Assembly (NCBI GenBank): GCA_963725665.1
Contig: CAVRZA010000004.1
Coordinates: 288,001 to 352,000 of the forward strand
Reading direction: 5' to 3'
Length of the DNA: 64,000 nt
From: an uncultured Actinomycetes bacterium
GTDB lineage: Bacteria > Actinomycetota > Thermoleophilia > UBA2241
Positions within the stretch are counted from its first letter, which is position 1. Each line of letters starts with the position of its first letter. Below the pieces are notes generated by a model. That model did no database searches and was not told where the DNA came from. It saw nothing but the letters and a program-made list of their open reading frames with translations. A program made the translations under genes and the position numbers. Positions 54,302-63,665 of this stretch are shown here, piece after piece.

Positions 54302-54338
54302 TTGACTTAGGCCCACTTTGAGGTACGCTATAGCGTAC
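54302..54338 (+). promoter_or_regulatory. TA promoter and operator
   Basis: TTGACT-16-TACGCT overlapped by perfect palindrome GTACGCTATAGCGTAC. Confidence 0.8.
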
Positions 54339-54357
54339 GGTTTGCAGGAGGACCCTC

Positions 54358-54600
54358 ATGACCAGTCTCACGGCGACAGAAGCGCGCAAGATCCTCTACC
54401 GGCTTCTCGACGAGGTGTCTGAGTCTCACGAGCCAGTCCAGATCACCGGCAAGCGCGGCAACGCCGTACTCGTGGGCGAGGATGATTGGCGAGCCGTCCA
54501 AGAAACGCTGCACCTGCTCTCAATCCCCGGCATGCGCGAGTCCATCCGGGAGGGCATGGCCACCCCGATCGATGAGCTCGACGAGAAGCCTGGTTGGTGA
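54358..54600 (+). CDS. yefM: Phd/YefM antitoxin (cassette 4)
   Basis: TATEAR..LY.L.D.V, PV.ITGKRGNAVL, ETL.L. Confidence 0.92.
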   Translation: MTSLTATEARKILYRLLDEVSESHEPVQITGKRGNAVLVGEDDWRAVQETLHLLSIPGMRESIREGMATPIDELDEKPGW

Positions 54601-54860
54601 GCTGGCGTCTCTTCTACACGAAGCAGGCGCAGCGGGATGCAAGGAAGCTCGCCGCCGCTGGCCTGAGGCCGAAGGTGCAGGTGCTCCTCGATCTCCTCGC
54701 CGAGAACCCCTATCAGGCACCGCCGCCCTTCGAGAAGCTGGTCGGCGACCTGTCCGGTGCGTACTCGCGGCGAATCACCATCCAGCACCGGCTCGTCTAC
54801 CAGGTCCTGGACGACGAGCGAGCGGTGAAGGTTCTGAGGATGTGGACGCATTACGAGTAG
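54597..54860 (+). CDS. yoeB: Txe/YoeB toxin (cassette 4)
   Basis: EKLVGDL.GAYSRRI..QHRLVY, WTHY. Confidence 0.93.
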   Translation: MSWRLFYTKQAQRDARKLAAAGLRPKVQVLLDLLAENPYQAPPPFEKLVGDLSGAYSRRITIQHRLVYQVLDDERAVKVLRMWTHYE

Positions 54861-54926
54861 GGCGAGCAGGCGCATCGCGCAGATGCCGCGCTGCGCGCGG
54901 CACAGTTCACGCGCAACACGTTGGCC
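54861..54926 (+). repeat. Degenerate attC site (66 bp)
   Basis: GGCGAGC..GCGCAT...TGCCGCG/CGCGGCA...ACGCGC-AACAC-GTTGGCC directly after yoeB stop. Confidence 0.7.
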
Positions 54927-54995
54927 GCACTAGTGAGCACCGTGCCGAAGGCTTCAGTGCTAGGCTGATGGACGTCGACGCGAAAGGGGCCTTTC

Positions 54996-55535
54996 ATGTC
55001 TGACTCCGCGAAACGAATCGTCGCTGGCGCGTCGATTGTCCTAGCGGCCGTCGCTGCCGCCATCGCCGCGGCCATGGCGTGGGAGTTCCTCACCTCGCCA
55101 CTCAACGATGACACACTGTCGTCGGCCAGCGCCATCCAGAGCTTTTCAGGAGACGCCATCTTCGTCGCCCTTGTGGCTGCCGGCCTGAGCGCGCTGGTGA
55201 TCGCTTCGGCCCTGGCAGCTTGGAGCGACCGGCTGCGGCTTGTCGTCCGCCTGGCGGCGGGAAGCATCATGGCCCTCGCGGGATGCGCTTCCGCGCTCGT
55301 GCTCGACCCGGCCAGCGCGAGCCTCCAGGCACGATTCATGGTCTACCCCCACGGCGAAGGCGTGACCGTCACAGCGCGGCTGTTCACGTTCTGGATCGAA
55401 CGCCTTTCAACGCTGTCGTGGCTCTATACGGCTTGCGCCGCCGGGATCGTGCTCACCACGGTCGTCGCGATCGTCCTGAGCAGAGGCACGTTACGGCGGC
55501 ATCGGTCGTGCTCTGCTGCGACGCCGGTCGGGTGA
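54996..55535 (+). CDS. Hypothetical 4-TM membrane protein (probable cassette 5)
   Basis: Follows GTTGGCC core; hydrophobic segments. Confidence 0.65.
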   Translation: MSDSAKRIVAGASIVLAAVAAAIAAAMAWEFLTSPLNDDTLSSASAIQSFSGDAIFVALVAAGLSALVIASALAAWSDRLRLVVRLAAGSIMALAGCASALVLDPASASLQARFMVYPHGEGVTVTARLFTFWIERLSTLSWLYTACAAGIVLTTVVAIVLSRGTLRRHRSCSAATPVG

Positions 55536-55549
55536 CGATCCGGCCTGCA

Positions 55550-56191
55550 GTGAGGAGAGTGTCAAAGGGCCTGACCGCGACCGCAGCTGCGGCCGGAACC
55601 TCGGCAGTGGTCCACCGCCTCGCCCGCCGCTCGGGCGTGACCGCCGAGGAGGCGAGGCGCCCGTTGCCCGGCGATGAAGTCGTCGCTCACCCGCTCTGGA
55701 CATCGACGCGCGGCATCACCATCGACGCCCCGCCGGCGGCGGTGTGGCCCTGGATCGTGCAGATGGGTTACCCGACCTTCCGCGCCGGCTGGTACACGCC
55801 GCATTGGCTGGACGAACTCATGTGGGGCAAACGGCCGCGCAGCGCCGACACGATCGTCCCCGAGTTGCAGGACCTCAAGCTCGGCGACAAGGTGCCCGAC
55901 AGCGCCGATTTCGGCATGTACTACACGGTCGCTGAGATCGAAAGGCCCGGCCGCCTCGTCCTGCACTCGACTAGGCACGTCGTGCCGCCACTGCGCACGG
56001 TCGACTTCAGCTGGGTGTTCGTGCTCTTGCCCCTGCCGGAGGAGCGTACCCGGCTTCTCGTGCGCGCCCGTGTCGCGTTTGCGCCGGTCTGGCCGTTCCC
56101 CTTGGTGGAGGCCGTCGTCGGCCTCGGCGACTTCTTCAACGCCACGGTGATGCTCAGGGGCATCCGCTCGCGAGTCACTACTTGGCGATGA
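55550..56191 (+). CDS. SRPBCC-like hypothetical protein (start uncertain)
   Basis: LPGD, TRGITIDAPP..VWPWIVQMG..RAGWY, SWVFVL, TRLLVR. Confidence 0.75.
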   Translation: MRRVSKGLTATAAAAGTSAVVHRLARRSGVTAEEARRPLPGDEVVAHPLWTSTRGITIDAPPAAVWPWIVQMGYPTFRAGWYTPHWLDELMWGKRPRSADTIVPELQDLKLGDKVPDSADFGMYYTVAEIERPGRLVLHSTRHVVPPLRTVDFSWVFVLLPLPEERTRLLVRARVAFAPVWPFPLVEAVVGLGDFFNATVMLRGIRSRVTTWR

Positions 56192-56456
56192 GGAAGACCT
56201 CGTCGTGCAGCATCGAGACGCGCACCTTGTCGCGCACCTCGAGCGACCTGATCGCCTTTGCTATCGCCGAGCGCACCGTCTCCGGTTTGCGGCCTATCTT
56301 GGTGACGTTCACTTCCATGGCGGCCTCACCGGATTCCATGAAGGCCTTGACCAGGTCTGGGTAGAAAGTCGATGCCTCACGACCTCGACGCGTGGCCAGC
56401 GTCGAGATATCCCGCGGCTTCAGGTAGTCGGCTGGGTTCCATTTCTTCACTGCCAT
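56178..56456 (-). CDS. Small basic hypothetical protein
   Basis: GGGAGG SD, TATACT -10 at 56517-56522, 92 aa. Confidence 0.7.
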   Translation of the reverse strand: MAVKKWNPADYLKPRDISTLATRRGREASTFYPDLVKAFMESGEAAMEVNVTKIGRKPETVRSAIAKAIRSLEVRDKVRVSMLHDEVFLIAK

Positions 56457-56741
56457 CACTGTCCTCCCTTTGTGTGCGACGTACATCGCCGTCTAGAGTT
56501 CCCGGTTGCGATTCCCAGTATAACCCTCGTTGCATGCAGCCGGCGTTTCAGCTTTCGGCATGTTCCAGTCAAGTGGACCATCGCATGCGCGCTACGGAAG
56601 TCCTCTACGCTCTCGGAACCACCGCCGAGGTGTCGCTCCGGCTGGGAACGCGTCGATGTGATGATCGGCGTCGAAACGGGCACCATTCACGACGTCTTAC
56701 AAAGAACCGGCTGCAACAGCCGTATTTCGAGGAGCTGCCAT

Positions 56742-57224
56742 ATGGACACTCGCTCCAGAGGCGCCAATTGGGTGATGTTCTCCGCGATCGTACTGTTCGT
56801 CGCGGGGGTGTTCGCCGTCATCGACGGTCTTGTCGCCGTCTACAAGTCGACCTTTTTCACGCAGAACGCCGTCTACGTGTTCAGCGATCTGAACACGTGG
56901 GGCTGGATCGTCTTCGGTCTCGGCGTCGCAGGTATCGCCGCGGGTCTCGCCGTGTTCACAGGCCGCGAATGGGCCCGCTGGACCGGCATCATCGTGGCCG
57001 GCCTGGGCGCCGTGGGTCAGCTGCTGTTCGCCCAGGCGTATCCGCTCTGGTCTCTCATGATCATGGGTCTCAACGTCCTGGTGATCTACGGTCTGGCCGC
57101 CTATGGCGGTCGCGATTACGCGGCCAGCGAGAGCTCCGGCTACTACGAGTCGACTGAGTCGCGCACCTCGCCGCGTTCCGGGAGCGCGAGCGACGAGACC
57201 ACGCGGGATCGGCGCGCCGCGTAG
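56742..57224 (+). CDS. Four-TM actinobacterial-type membrane protein
   Basis: GAGGAG SD; WGWI..GLG, WARW.GI, YPLWS pattern. Confidence 0.8.
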   Translation: MDTRSRGANWVMFSAIVLFVAGVFAVIDGLVAVYKSTFFTQNAVYVFSDLNTWGWIVFGLGVAGIAAGLAVFTGREWARWTGIIVAGLGAVGQLLFAQAYPLWSLMIMGLNVLVIYGLAAYGGRDYAASESSGYYESTESRTSPRSGSASDETTRDRRAA

Positions 57225-57427
57225 TCACTCGTTTCAGTCTGCCTCCCGGCGGGCGGGACGTAGTCACGGGGCGGCGGGTGCGGCACAGCCGCACCCGCCG
57301 CCCCATACACAAGTCCGGTCTATGGCACGGGATCGGGTCGCGCCTGAGGAGCGCCGCGCCATCGGTACCTCGACCAGACCGAGCAGGGGTAGTATGAGAC
57401 TGCTTGGCGGCTGCGGCGAGGCACGCG

Positions 57428-58298
57428 GTGACCCTGGTGGATCGCTCTGATATCGGCATCTCGACCGGCGCGTACGCGGCGCTGCCCCTGGCTGAGGCGC
57501 TCTCGCGCATCGCCGAGATCGCGTCCGCGGCCGAGGTGTGTTCCTGGGGTCGCCACTCGCTGCTCGAGTCCGAAAACGCGCGTGCCCTCACCGTCGCCGG
57601 CCTGCCTTTCACGGTGCACGGACCGTTCACACACGACGGGCTCGGCAGCCGTCTCTCGTCGAAGCGACGCGCGGCCGTCGATCTGCATCGGCGGCACTTG
57701 TGGGCCGCCGCCGAGCTCGGAGCGACGCTCTACGTGCTACACCCCGACCTGCGGCATCGCAAGAGACCGAGGAGCTCACGGGTGGCGGCGTCGCTCGAGC
57801 GCTCGTTCGCGGAGCTTCGTGCCCTGCAGGACGAACTCGGCGTGACCGTCGTCGTCGAGAACATGCCCTTCAGCGGGCGCTCGCACTTCACCGCGCCCGG
57901 TGATCTCGACCTGCAAGGCCTCGGCATAGCGTTGGACGTCGGCCACGCCGCCATCGCGGGTACGCTCGGCGCCTGGCTCGCCAACCCTCGCGGGACGGTC
58001 CGCCACGTGCACCTGCACGACAACCACGGCAGCCGGGGGTCATGATCTGCACCACTCGTTGGGGACGGGAGTGGTCGACGTCGCCCCTGCTCTCACGCTG
58101 GCGCGCGCCGTCGGCGCCACGATCGTTCTCGAGCACATCGTCGAGGCCCACGTCGGCACGAGCCTCGAGCATCTACGGGCTCGCGGGTTGATCGCCCGGG
58201 CCGATTCGGCCGACGGGAAGGTCGATGACGACCTCGCCCGCAGAGGACGTCGAGTCGGCCGTCTGTGGGTAGGGCGGCTCGGAACGGGCCTACCTTGA
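57428..58298 (+). pseudogene. Sugar-phosphate isomerase/AP-endonuclease-2 TIM barrel protein, frameshifted at G5 run 58035-58039
   Basis: HGPF, VENM, DVGHA, HLHDNHG, then DLH..LGTG.V..VLEH in the next frame. Confidence 0.8.
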
Positions 58299-60130
58299 CC
58301 GCGCAGCAGACGGACGACGCGAAGCACCTCAGGGCGAGGGCGCGCTTCCTCGCCCGCCACGAGCTCTTCAAGTCGCTGACACCCCGCGAGCTCGAGCGGA
58401 CTGCTGCCTCGATCGTGGAGCGTGTGGCGTCGGCGGGGGAAGCGGTGCTGGTCGAGGGCGGCCCGCCGGGCACGGAGCTCTTCGTGGTGCGCGAGGGCAC
58501 CTTCGAGCTCATCCACGAGCAGGTCGTCGTCGACATCATGACCGGATGCCAGGTGTTCGGCCACCCGACGCTGCTGACCGGTCTGGCGCCGGAGTTCACT
58601 GTCCGCGCCCGCGAGGACTCGCTTCTCTACTGCATTCCCAAGGACATCGCTCTCGAGCTGCTCACGCGGCCCGAGGGGGTGGCGTTCGTGGCGCGCACGG
58701 GACGCGACCGCCTGATCCAGGCGGCGCGCACCATGCGCGCCCTGCCCGACATCCGCACGCAGCCGGTCACCTCACTGGTGCGCAGCGCACCGCTGTTCTG
58801 CGAGCCCGACACGACCGTGCGCGAGGCGGCTCGACTGATGGCCGCCGAGGGCAGGTCCGCCCTGCTCGTCGAGACGCGCGACGGCCTTGGCATCGTCACC
58901 GACGTCGACCTGCGCGACCGGGTCGTCGCCGGCGCCGTGTCACGCGACGCGCCGGTGAGCGCCGTGATGACGGCGCCGGTAAAGACGGTGAGCGCCGAGG
59001 TCACGGCGCCCGAGGCGAGCATCGAGATGATGGCCGCGGGCGTCAACCACCTGCCGGTGGTCGACGCCCGCGGCCGAGTCGTGGGCATCCTGTCGGCGAG
59101 CAGCCTCATGACGCTCGACGCGCGCAGCCCGTTCGCGCTGCGCCGCACGATCCTCGCGGCGCGCTCCGACGACGACGTCGTGAGGGCCGCCGGCGACATG
59201 CCGAAGCTCTTCGTCGACCTTGTCGACGTTCACCTCGAAGCGCCGGCGCTGACGCGCATCCTCACCCTGCTGCAGGATGCCATGACGTCGCGTCTGCTGG
59301 AGCTCGCTGTGCAGCGTCGCGGAGAGCCGCCCGTTCCCTACGCCTGGCTCGCCTTCGGCAGCGCCGGCCGCAGCGAGCTCACCCTCGCCTCCGACCAGGA
59401 CAACGGTCTCGCCTACGCCGACAGCGACGATCCCGCCGTCGACGAGTACTTCCGCGTACTCGCCCTCGATGTCAACTCCGGCTTGCGCCGCTGCGGCTTC
59501 GGCCTCGATCCCCACGGCACCGTGGCGAGCAACTCCCAGTGGCGCCTGTCGCTCTCGACGTGGCGTTACGTCCTCGAGCGCAGCCTGCAGGGCGTCGATC
59601 TCGATCGCCTCGCGCGCGCCAGCGTCTCCTTCGACTTCCGCCAGGTGGCCGGCGAGCTCGACGTAGTGCCATCCCTGACCGATGTCATCCGCGAAGCGCC
59701 CCAGCACCCGCGTTTCCTGCGTGCCATGTCGCGCCTGGCGACCCATGCCCCCTTGCCGCTCGGGTTCCGCCATCGGCTCCTCGGCTTGGTCGACATCAAG
59801 AAGGACGGGCTGCTGCCCATCCAGAGCCTCGCGCGCTACCTCGCTCTCTCCAGGAGGATCACGGCGGCGGCGACGCTCGAACGTCTTGCCGCCCTGCGTG
59901 AGGCGGACGTGCTCGATGCCGATCGCGCGCGGTCGCTGCGCGAAGCCTTCATCGCCATGGCCCACCTTCAGCTCCGCCACCACGCCAACGCCGTCCGCGC
60001 CGGCCGGACACCCGACAACCTCCTCACCGTAGACCGCCTGCGACCGCTGACCCGGGTCACCCTGCAGGAGGCGCTGCGAGAGGTCGCCGACGCGCAGAAG
60101 CACGTGCCCCGGACAGTCGTTCCGCGCTAG
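58295..60130 (+). CDS. cNMP-binding/CBS/DUF294 putative nucleotidyltransferase
   Basis: cNMP domain, GIVTD.DLR CBS pair, GSAGRSE..SDQDN, DIKK.G. Confidence 0.9.
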   Translation: MTAQQTDDAKHLRARARFLARHELFKSLTPRELERTAASIVERVASAGEAVLVEGGPPGTELFVVREGTFELIHEQVVVDIMTGCQVFGHPTLLTGLAPEFTVRAREDSLLYCIPKDIALELLTRPEGVAFVARTGRDRLIQAARTMRALPDIRTQPVTSLVRSAPLFCEPDTTVREAARLMAAEGRSALLVETRDGLGIVTDVDLRDRVVAGAVSRDAPVSAVMTAPVKTVSAEVTAPEASIEMMAAGVNHLPVVDARGRVVGILSASSLMTLDARSPFALRRTILAARSDDDVVRAAGDMPKLFVDLVDVHLEAPALTRILTLLQDAMTSRLLELAVQRRGEPPVPYAWLAFGSAGRSELTLASDQDNGLAYADSDDPAVDEYFRVLALDVNSGLRRCGFGLDPHGTVASNSQWRLSLSTWRYVLERSLQGVDLDRLARASVSFDFRQVAGELDVVPSLTDVIREAPQHPRFLRAMSRLATHAPLPLGFRHRLLGLVDIKKDGLLPIQSLARYLALSRRITAAATLERLAALREADVLDADRARSLREAFIAMAHLQLRHHANAVRAGRTPDNLLTVDRLRPLTRVTLQEALREVADAQKHVPRTVVPR

Positions 60131-60213
60131 GGCTCGGCAATCGGCGCTACGGGGAGCCGGGTCGATTCGGGGGCGGCGGCGCCGGTCGGCCCCGTGCGAC
60201 AGGGTTCAGCCGT

Positions 60214-60498
60214 TCAGTACTCCCTGCTCTCGATCGCCTCGACGATACGCACCTTTGGGTCCGTCATGATCTGTCCCTCGACGTGCCCCCAGAGCTCGCG
60301 CAATGCCGTCCGCATGGCCTCGGCCTGGCTTTCGCTGTCGAACTCGAGCTCGACGATCGCGTAGCGCGCATCGTCGACGGGGCGCATCACGCGGTAGCGC
60401 CGGACCCCCGACTGCTCGCGATGCACCGGGTCGCTGTCGAAGGCGCGCTTCCAGGCGTCGAAGTCGGGCACCGGATGTTCTATCTGCAGGATGTGCAT
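60214..60498 (-). CDS. Small hypothetical protein (dimeric alpha/beta barrel-like)
   Basis: H.V.DFDAWK.AFD.D...R..SGV; AAAGGA SD. Confidence 0.75.
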   Translation of the reverse strand: MHILQIEHPVPDFDAWKRAFDSDPVHREQSGVRRYRVMRPVDDARYAIVELEFDSESQAEAMRTALRELWGHVEGQIMTDPKVRIVEAIESREY

Positions 60499-60644
60499 GG
60501 GCTTCCTTTCGGTCCGGATGTAACGGGCGGGTCAGCTCCTCACGGATGGATTCCCCGCCGAGAGCACCCGTCTCGCCGTTTGCCCTGGCCCTAGGCCCGC
60601 CGCTCAGCCTCAGGGTCCCGGTCGGTCCGGTCCTATAGTATTCG

Positions 60645-61910
60645 GTGCGGGAGCTCGAGACTGACCGTGGGCTCGACCGCTGGATGAGAGAGGGGGCGAC
60701 GATCGTGGCGGCCGGTGCGCGAGACAAGCCGTTGGCTTCGCAGCGCTGGGTCTTCACTATGACGGTTGCCTTCCTGTACGCGGCAACCGTGCTGCGGTCG
60801 CTGCTCGCGTTCGACGGCGAGCAGCGCGTCCTTGCCGTCACGCTGCTGCTCGTCTGGCTCGTCCTGCTGCTCACCGAGCCGCGACTGTCCCGCCTGTGGC
60901 GTCCTTACTTCGGCGTGTACGTCGCGCTGCAGAGCGCCGTCGTCGCCATCCTTCTTCCTCAGTCGGATTCCAGCGACTTCTTCGCCATCCTCTTGGCGGT
61001 GACGAGCATGCAGGCCATGCAACGGTGGCAGCCCAGGACGGCCGCGGTCGTCATCGGGCTCTTTGCCGTGCTGACGGGGCTTTCACTGACCGATGAGTAC
61101 GGCCCCGCCCAGGCCGTCACCTTCGCTGCCATCTACACCGCCGCCAACCTCTTCCTGGGCACGTTCGCACTGGCGACGAAGCGGGCTACTGAGGCCAGGT
61201 TGCGGAACGAGGCGCTGGTGATCGATCTGCAGGAGGCGAACCGGCAAACGACCGACTATGCGCGGCGCGCGGAGCGCCTGGCGGGCGCGCGGGAGCGGCA
61301 GCGACTGGCTCGCGACCTGCACGACTCTGTGACGCAGACGCTCTTCAGCATGACGCTCACCGCGCGGTCGGCTCTGCTGCTCCTCCAGCGACATCCCGAC
61401 CAGGTGAAGGCCCAGGTCGACCAGATCGACCACCTCGCGCACAGCGCCCTCTCGGAGATGACCGTGCTGAGCGCCGAGTTGCCGTCGTCGCCGCCCACCG
61501 AGGGGGGGCTGGTCGCAAGTCTGCAGCGTCATCTGGCCGACCGCCCGCTCCAGGACGGGTTGTTGGTCTCTATGGAGGTGGAGGCCGACGGCGTGCTGCC
61601 GCCTCTTGAGGAGCAGGCTCTCCTGCGCATCGTCCAGGAGGCGCTCAACAACATCGTCAAGCACGCGGGAGAATCGCGCGCGGTCGTCCGGTTACGTTTG
61701 CGACAGCCGTTCCGGATCGAGATCGAGGATCAGGGCCGGGGCTTCGACCCGGCTCAGACCGATACCGGAGGTGTGGGCTTGATCAGCATGAGGGAGCGGG
61801 CGGCCGAGATCGGGTGGAGCTTGACGGTCGACAGCTCCCCGGGTGCGGGTACGCGGGTCGTGGCCGAAGAGGTGCTGAGCCAGGAGGGAGGAAGCGATGC
61901 CGGAGAGTGA
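60645..61910 (+). CDS. Membrane sensor histidine kinase (HisKA_3; start uncertain)
   Basis: ERQRLARDLHDSVTQ, QEALNNIVKHA, DQGRGF, GLISMRER. Confidence 0.93.
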   Translation: MRELETDRGLDRWMREGATIVAAGARDKPLASQRWVFTMTVAFLYAATVLRSLLAFDGEQRVLAVTLLLVWLVLLLTEPRLSRLWRPYFGVYVALQSAVVAILLPQSDSSDFFAILLAVTSMQAMQRWQPRTAAVVIGLFAVLTGLSLTDEYGPAQAVTFAAIYTAANLFLGTFALATKRATEARLRNEALVIDLQEANRQTTDYARRAERLAGARERQRLARDLHDSVTQTLFSMTLTARSALLLLQRHPDQVKAQVDQIDHLAHSALSEMTVLSAELPSSPPTEGGLVASLQRHLADRPLQDGLLVSMEVEADGVLPPLEEQALLRIVQEALNNIVKHAGESRAVVRLRLRQPFRIEIEDQGRGFDPAQTDTGGVGLISMRERAAEIGWSLTVDSSPGAGTRVVAEEVLSQEGGSDAGE

Positions 61911-62607
61911 AACGATCAAGGTGCTGATCGTCGACGACCATCAGGTCGTGCGTCGAGGCCTGCGGACCTTCCTCGACCTACAGGAGGATATCGTCGTCGT
62001 CGGCGAGGCGGCCGATGGACTGGCGGCGGTGGACCTTGCCGTTCAGCTCGGGCCGGACATCGTGCTGATGGATATCGTGATGCCAAAGCTGGACGGGATC
62101 GAGGCCACGCGCAGGATCAAGGAGCTCGGCGTCGGCATCGGCGTGATCGTCCTCACCAGCTTCGCCGGAGACGAGCAGGTCATGCCGGCTATCGAGGCAG
62201 GCGCCTCGAGCTACTTGCTGAAGGACGTCACTCCTGAGGATCTGGTCGAGGCTGTCCGCGCTGTCTACCGAGGCGAGCCTCGCCTGCACCCCGATGCCTT
62301 GCGCAAGGTCATGGATGCGGCCAAGGCGGCGCGGCCAGGCGACGCCCACCCCGAGCCTGGTGCGCCGCCCGGCGACCTCACCGAACGCGAGCTCGAGGTG
62401 ATCCGCCTGGTGGCGGAGGGACGCAGCAACCGCGAGATCGCCGACGAGTTCGTGATCAGCGAAAAGACCGTCAAGACGCACATCAGCCACGTCCTGGCCA
62501 AACTGGAACTGAAGGACCGCACCCAGCTCGCCATCTACGCCCTCAAGCACGGCCTCGCCGACCAGGCGGACGCGCAAGGCCAATCCGACGTCACCCGTGG
62601 CGGGTAG
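61897..62607 (+). CDS. NarL/LuxR family response regulator
   Basis: VDDH, LMDIVMP, LT.RE.EV, SEKTVKTH. Confidence 0.95.
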   Translation: MPESETIKVLIVDDHQVVRRGLRTFLDLQEDIVVVGEAADGLAAVDLAVQLGPDIVLMDIVMPKLDGIEATRRIKELGVGIGVIVLTSFAGDEQVMPAIEAGASSYLLKDVTPEDLVEAVRAVYRGEPRLHPDALRKVMDAAKAARPGDAHPEPGAPPGDLTERELEVIRLVAEGRSNREIADEFVISEKTVKTHISHVLAKLELKDRTQLAIYALKHGLADQADAQGQSDVTRGG

Positions 62608-63460
62608 GGAAGGAGCTTCGCTCGTGCTGGGGTCGGGCGACGGTGTGAGCGGCGTCAACGGCGGCGAAAGGCCCAGTCGTATCGGCTTGGCAGCCACGGT
62701 AGTCGTGTGGGCCGCCGTGTTGGCGCGCGTGCTCACACTCACGACGGACACCGGCCTGCGGCTGTGGTACGCGGCGGGCCTCTCGGCCTTTCTTGTCATC
62801 CTCATCATCGTGCTGTGGCGCCGACCCCTCTCGACGGGACTGCTGCACGTCGCGTTCGCGCTCCAGTCTGCCATCGTGCTGCTGCTGCTGGCGCTGAACC
62901 CCGAGCGGGATTTCCTGACGACACTGTTCGTGCTCCAGTGCTACCAAGCCGCCATCGTCTTCACGGGTCGCACGCGCCTGGTCTGGGTAGCCCTGCTCGT
63001 GACGCTGATCGGCGCCTCGCTGGCGCTGCAACTGGGCCTGCTGCGCGGCCTTGCGCTGGCGCTGGTCCCTATGGCGGCCGGCGTCGTGTTGTCGACCTAC
63101 GTAATCGTGAATCGTGAGCTCGAGGCGGCTCGGGCGACAAGCGAACGCATGGTCGCCGACCTGCAGGTGGCCCAGCAGCAGCTGAAGCGGTACGCCAGCC
63201 AGGTCGACGAGCTCGTCAGCATCGAAGAGCGCTCCAAACTGGCTCGCGAACTGCAGGAGTCCGTGTCGCAGACGCTGTCGGCCATCCTTTCGGTCACTGG
63301 TGCGGCAGGGGAGGTGCTGGATCATCCCGACAGAGCCGGTGGGCAGCTCGAGCACCTGCAGGCGCTGACCCAACAGGCGCTCGCGCAGATGCGTGCCATC
63401 ATCAGCGAGCTGCGCCCTGCGGCTCCGGACGTCGCTGCCGACGCCGCAAGCGACGACTGA
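62597..63460 (+). CDS. Kinase paralogue lacking phospho-His and ATPase domain
   Basis: Similar TM region, ERSKLARELQESVSQTL, ends after MR..I.ELRP. Confidence 0.85.
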   Translation: MAGREGASLVLGSGDGVSGVNGGERPSRIGLAATVVVWAAVLARVLTLTTDTGLRLWYAAGLSAFLVILIIVLWRRPLSTGLLHVAFALQSAIVLLLLALNPERDFLTTLFVLQCYQAAIVFTGRTRLVWVALLVTLIGASLALQLGLLRGLALALVPMAAGVVLSTYVIVNRELEAARATSERMVADLQVAQQQLKRYASQVDELVSIEERSKLARELQESVSQTLSAILSVTGAAGEVLDHPDRAGGQLEHLQALTQQALAQMRAIISELRPAAPDVAADAASDD

Positions 63461-63665
63461 GCCAGGAGCCCCGTCGGACCTGAGACGTAGGCGTCTCCTC
63501 CTCAGGTCGCAGTCACAGATACGCCCTCCGAGCCCGCGAAAATCGTTCGCGCGGTCGATGTGCGCACATCCGCGCGGCGCGATGATCTTCCCGTGGATAT
63601 CAACAGGGATGAGCAGCCGTCGGAGGCAAGTCCGGGGCGGCGATCCAGGGGCAGAAGGAGGGACC

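Noticed and set aside
55536-55550. attC after the membrane-protein cassette
   Set aside because: Only CGGCC complements the cassette start; no AAC or stem follows, so at most a remnant
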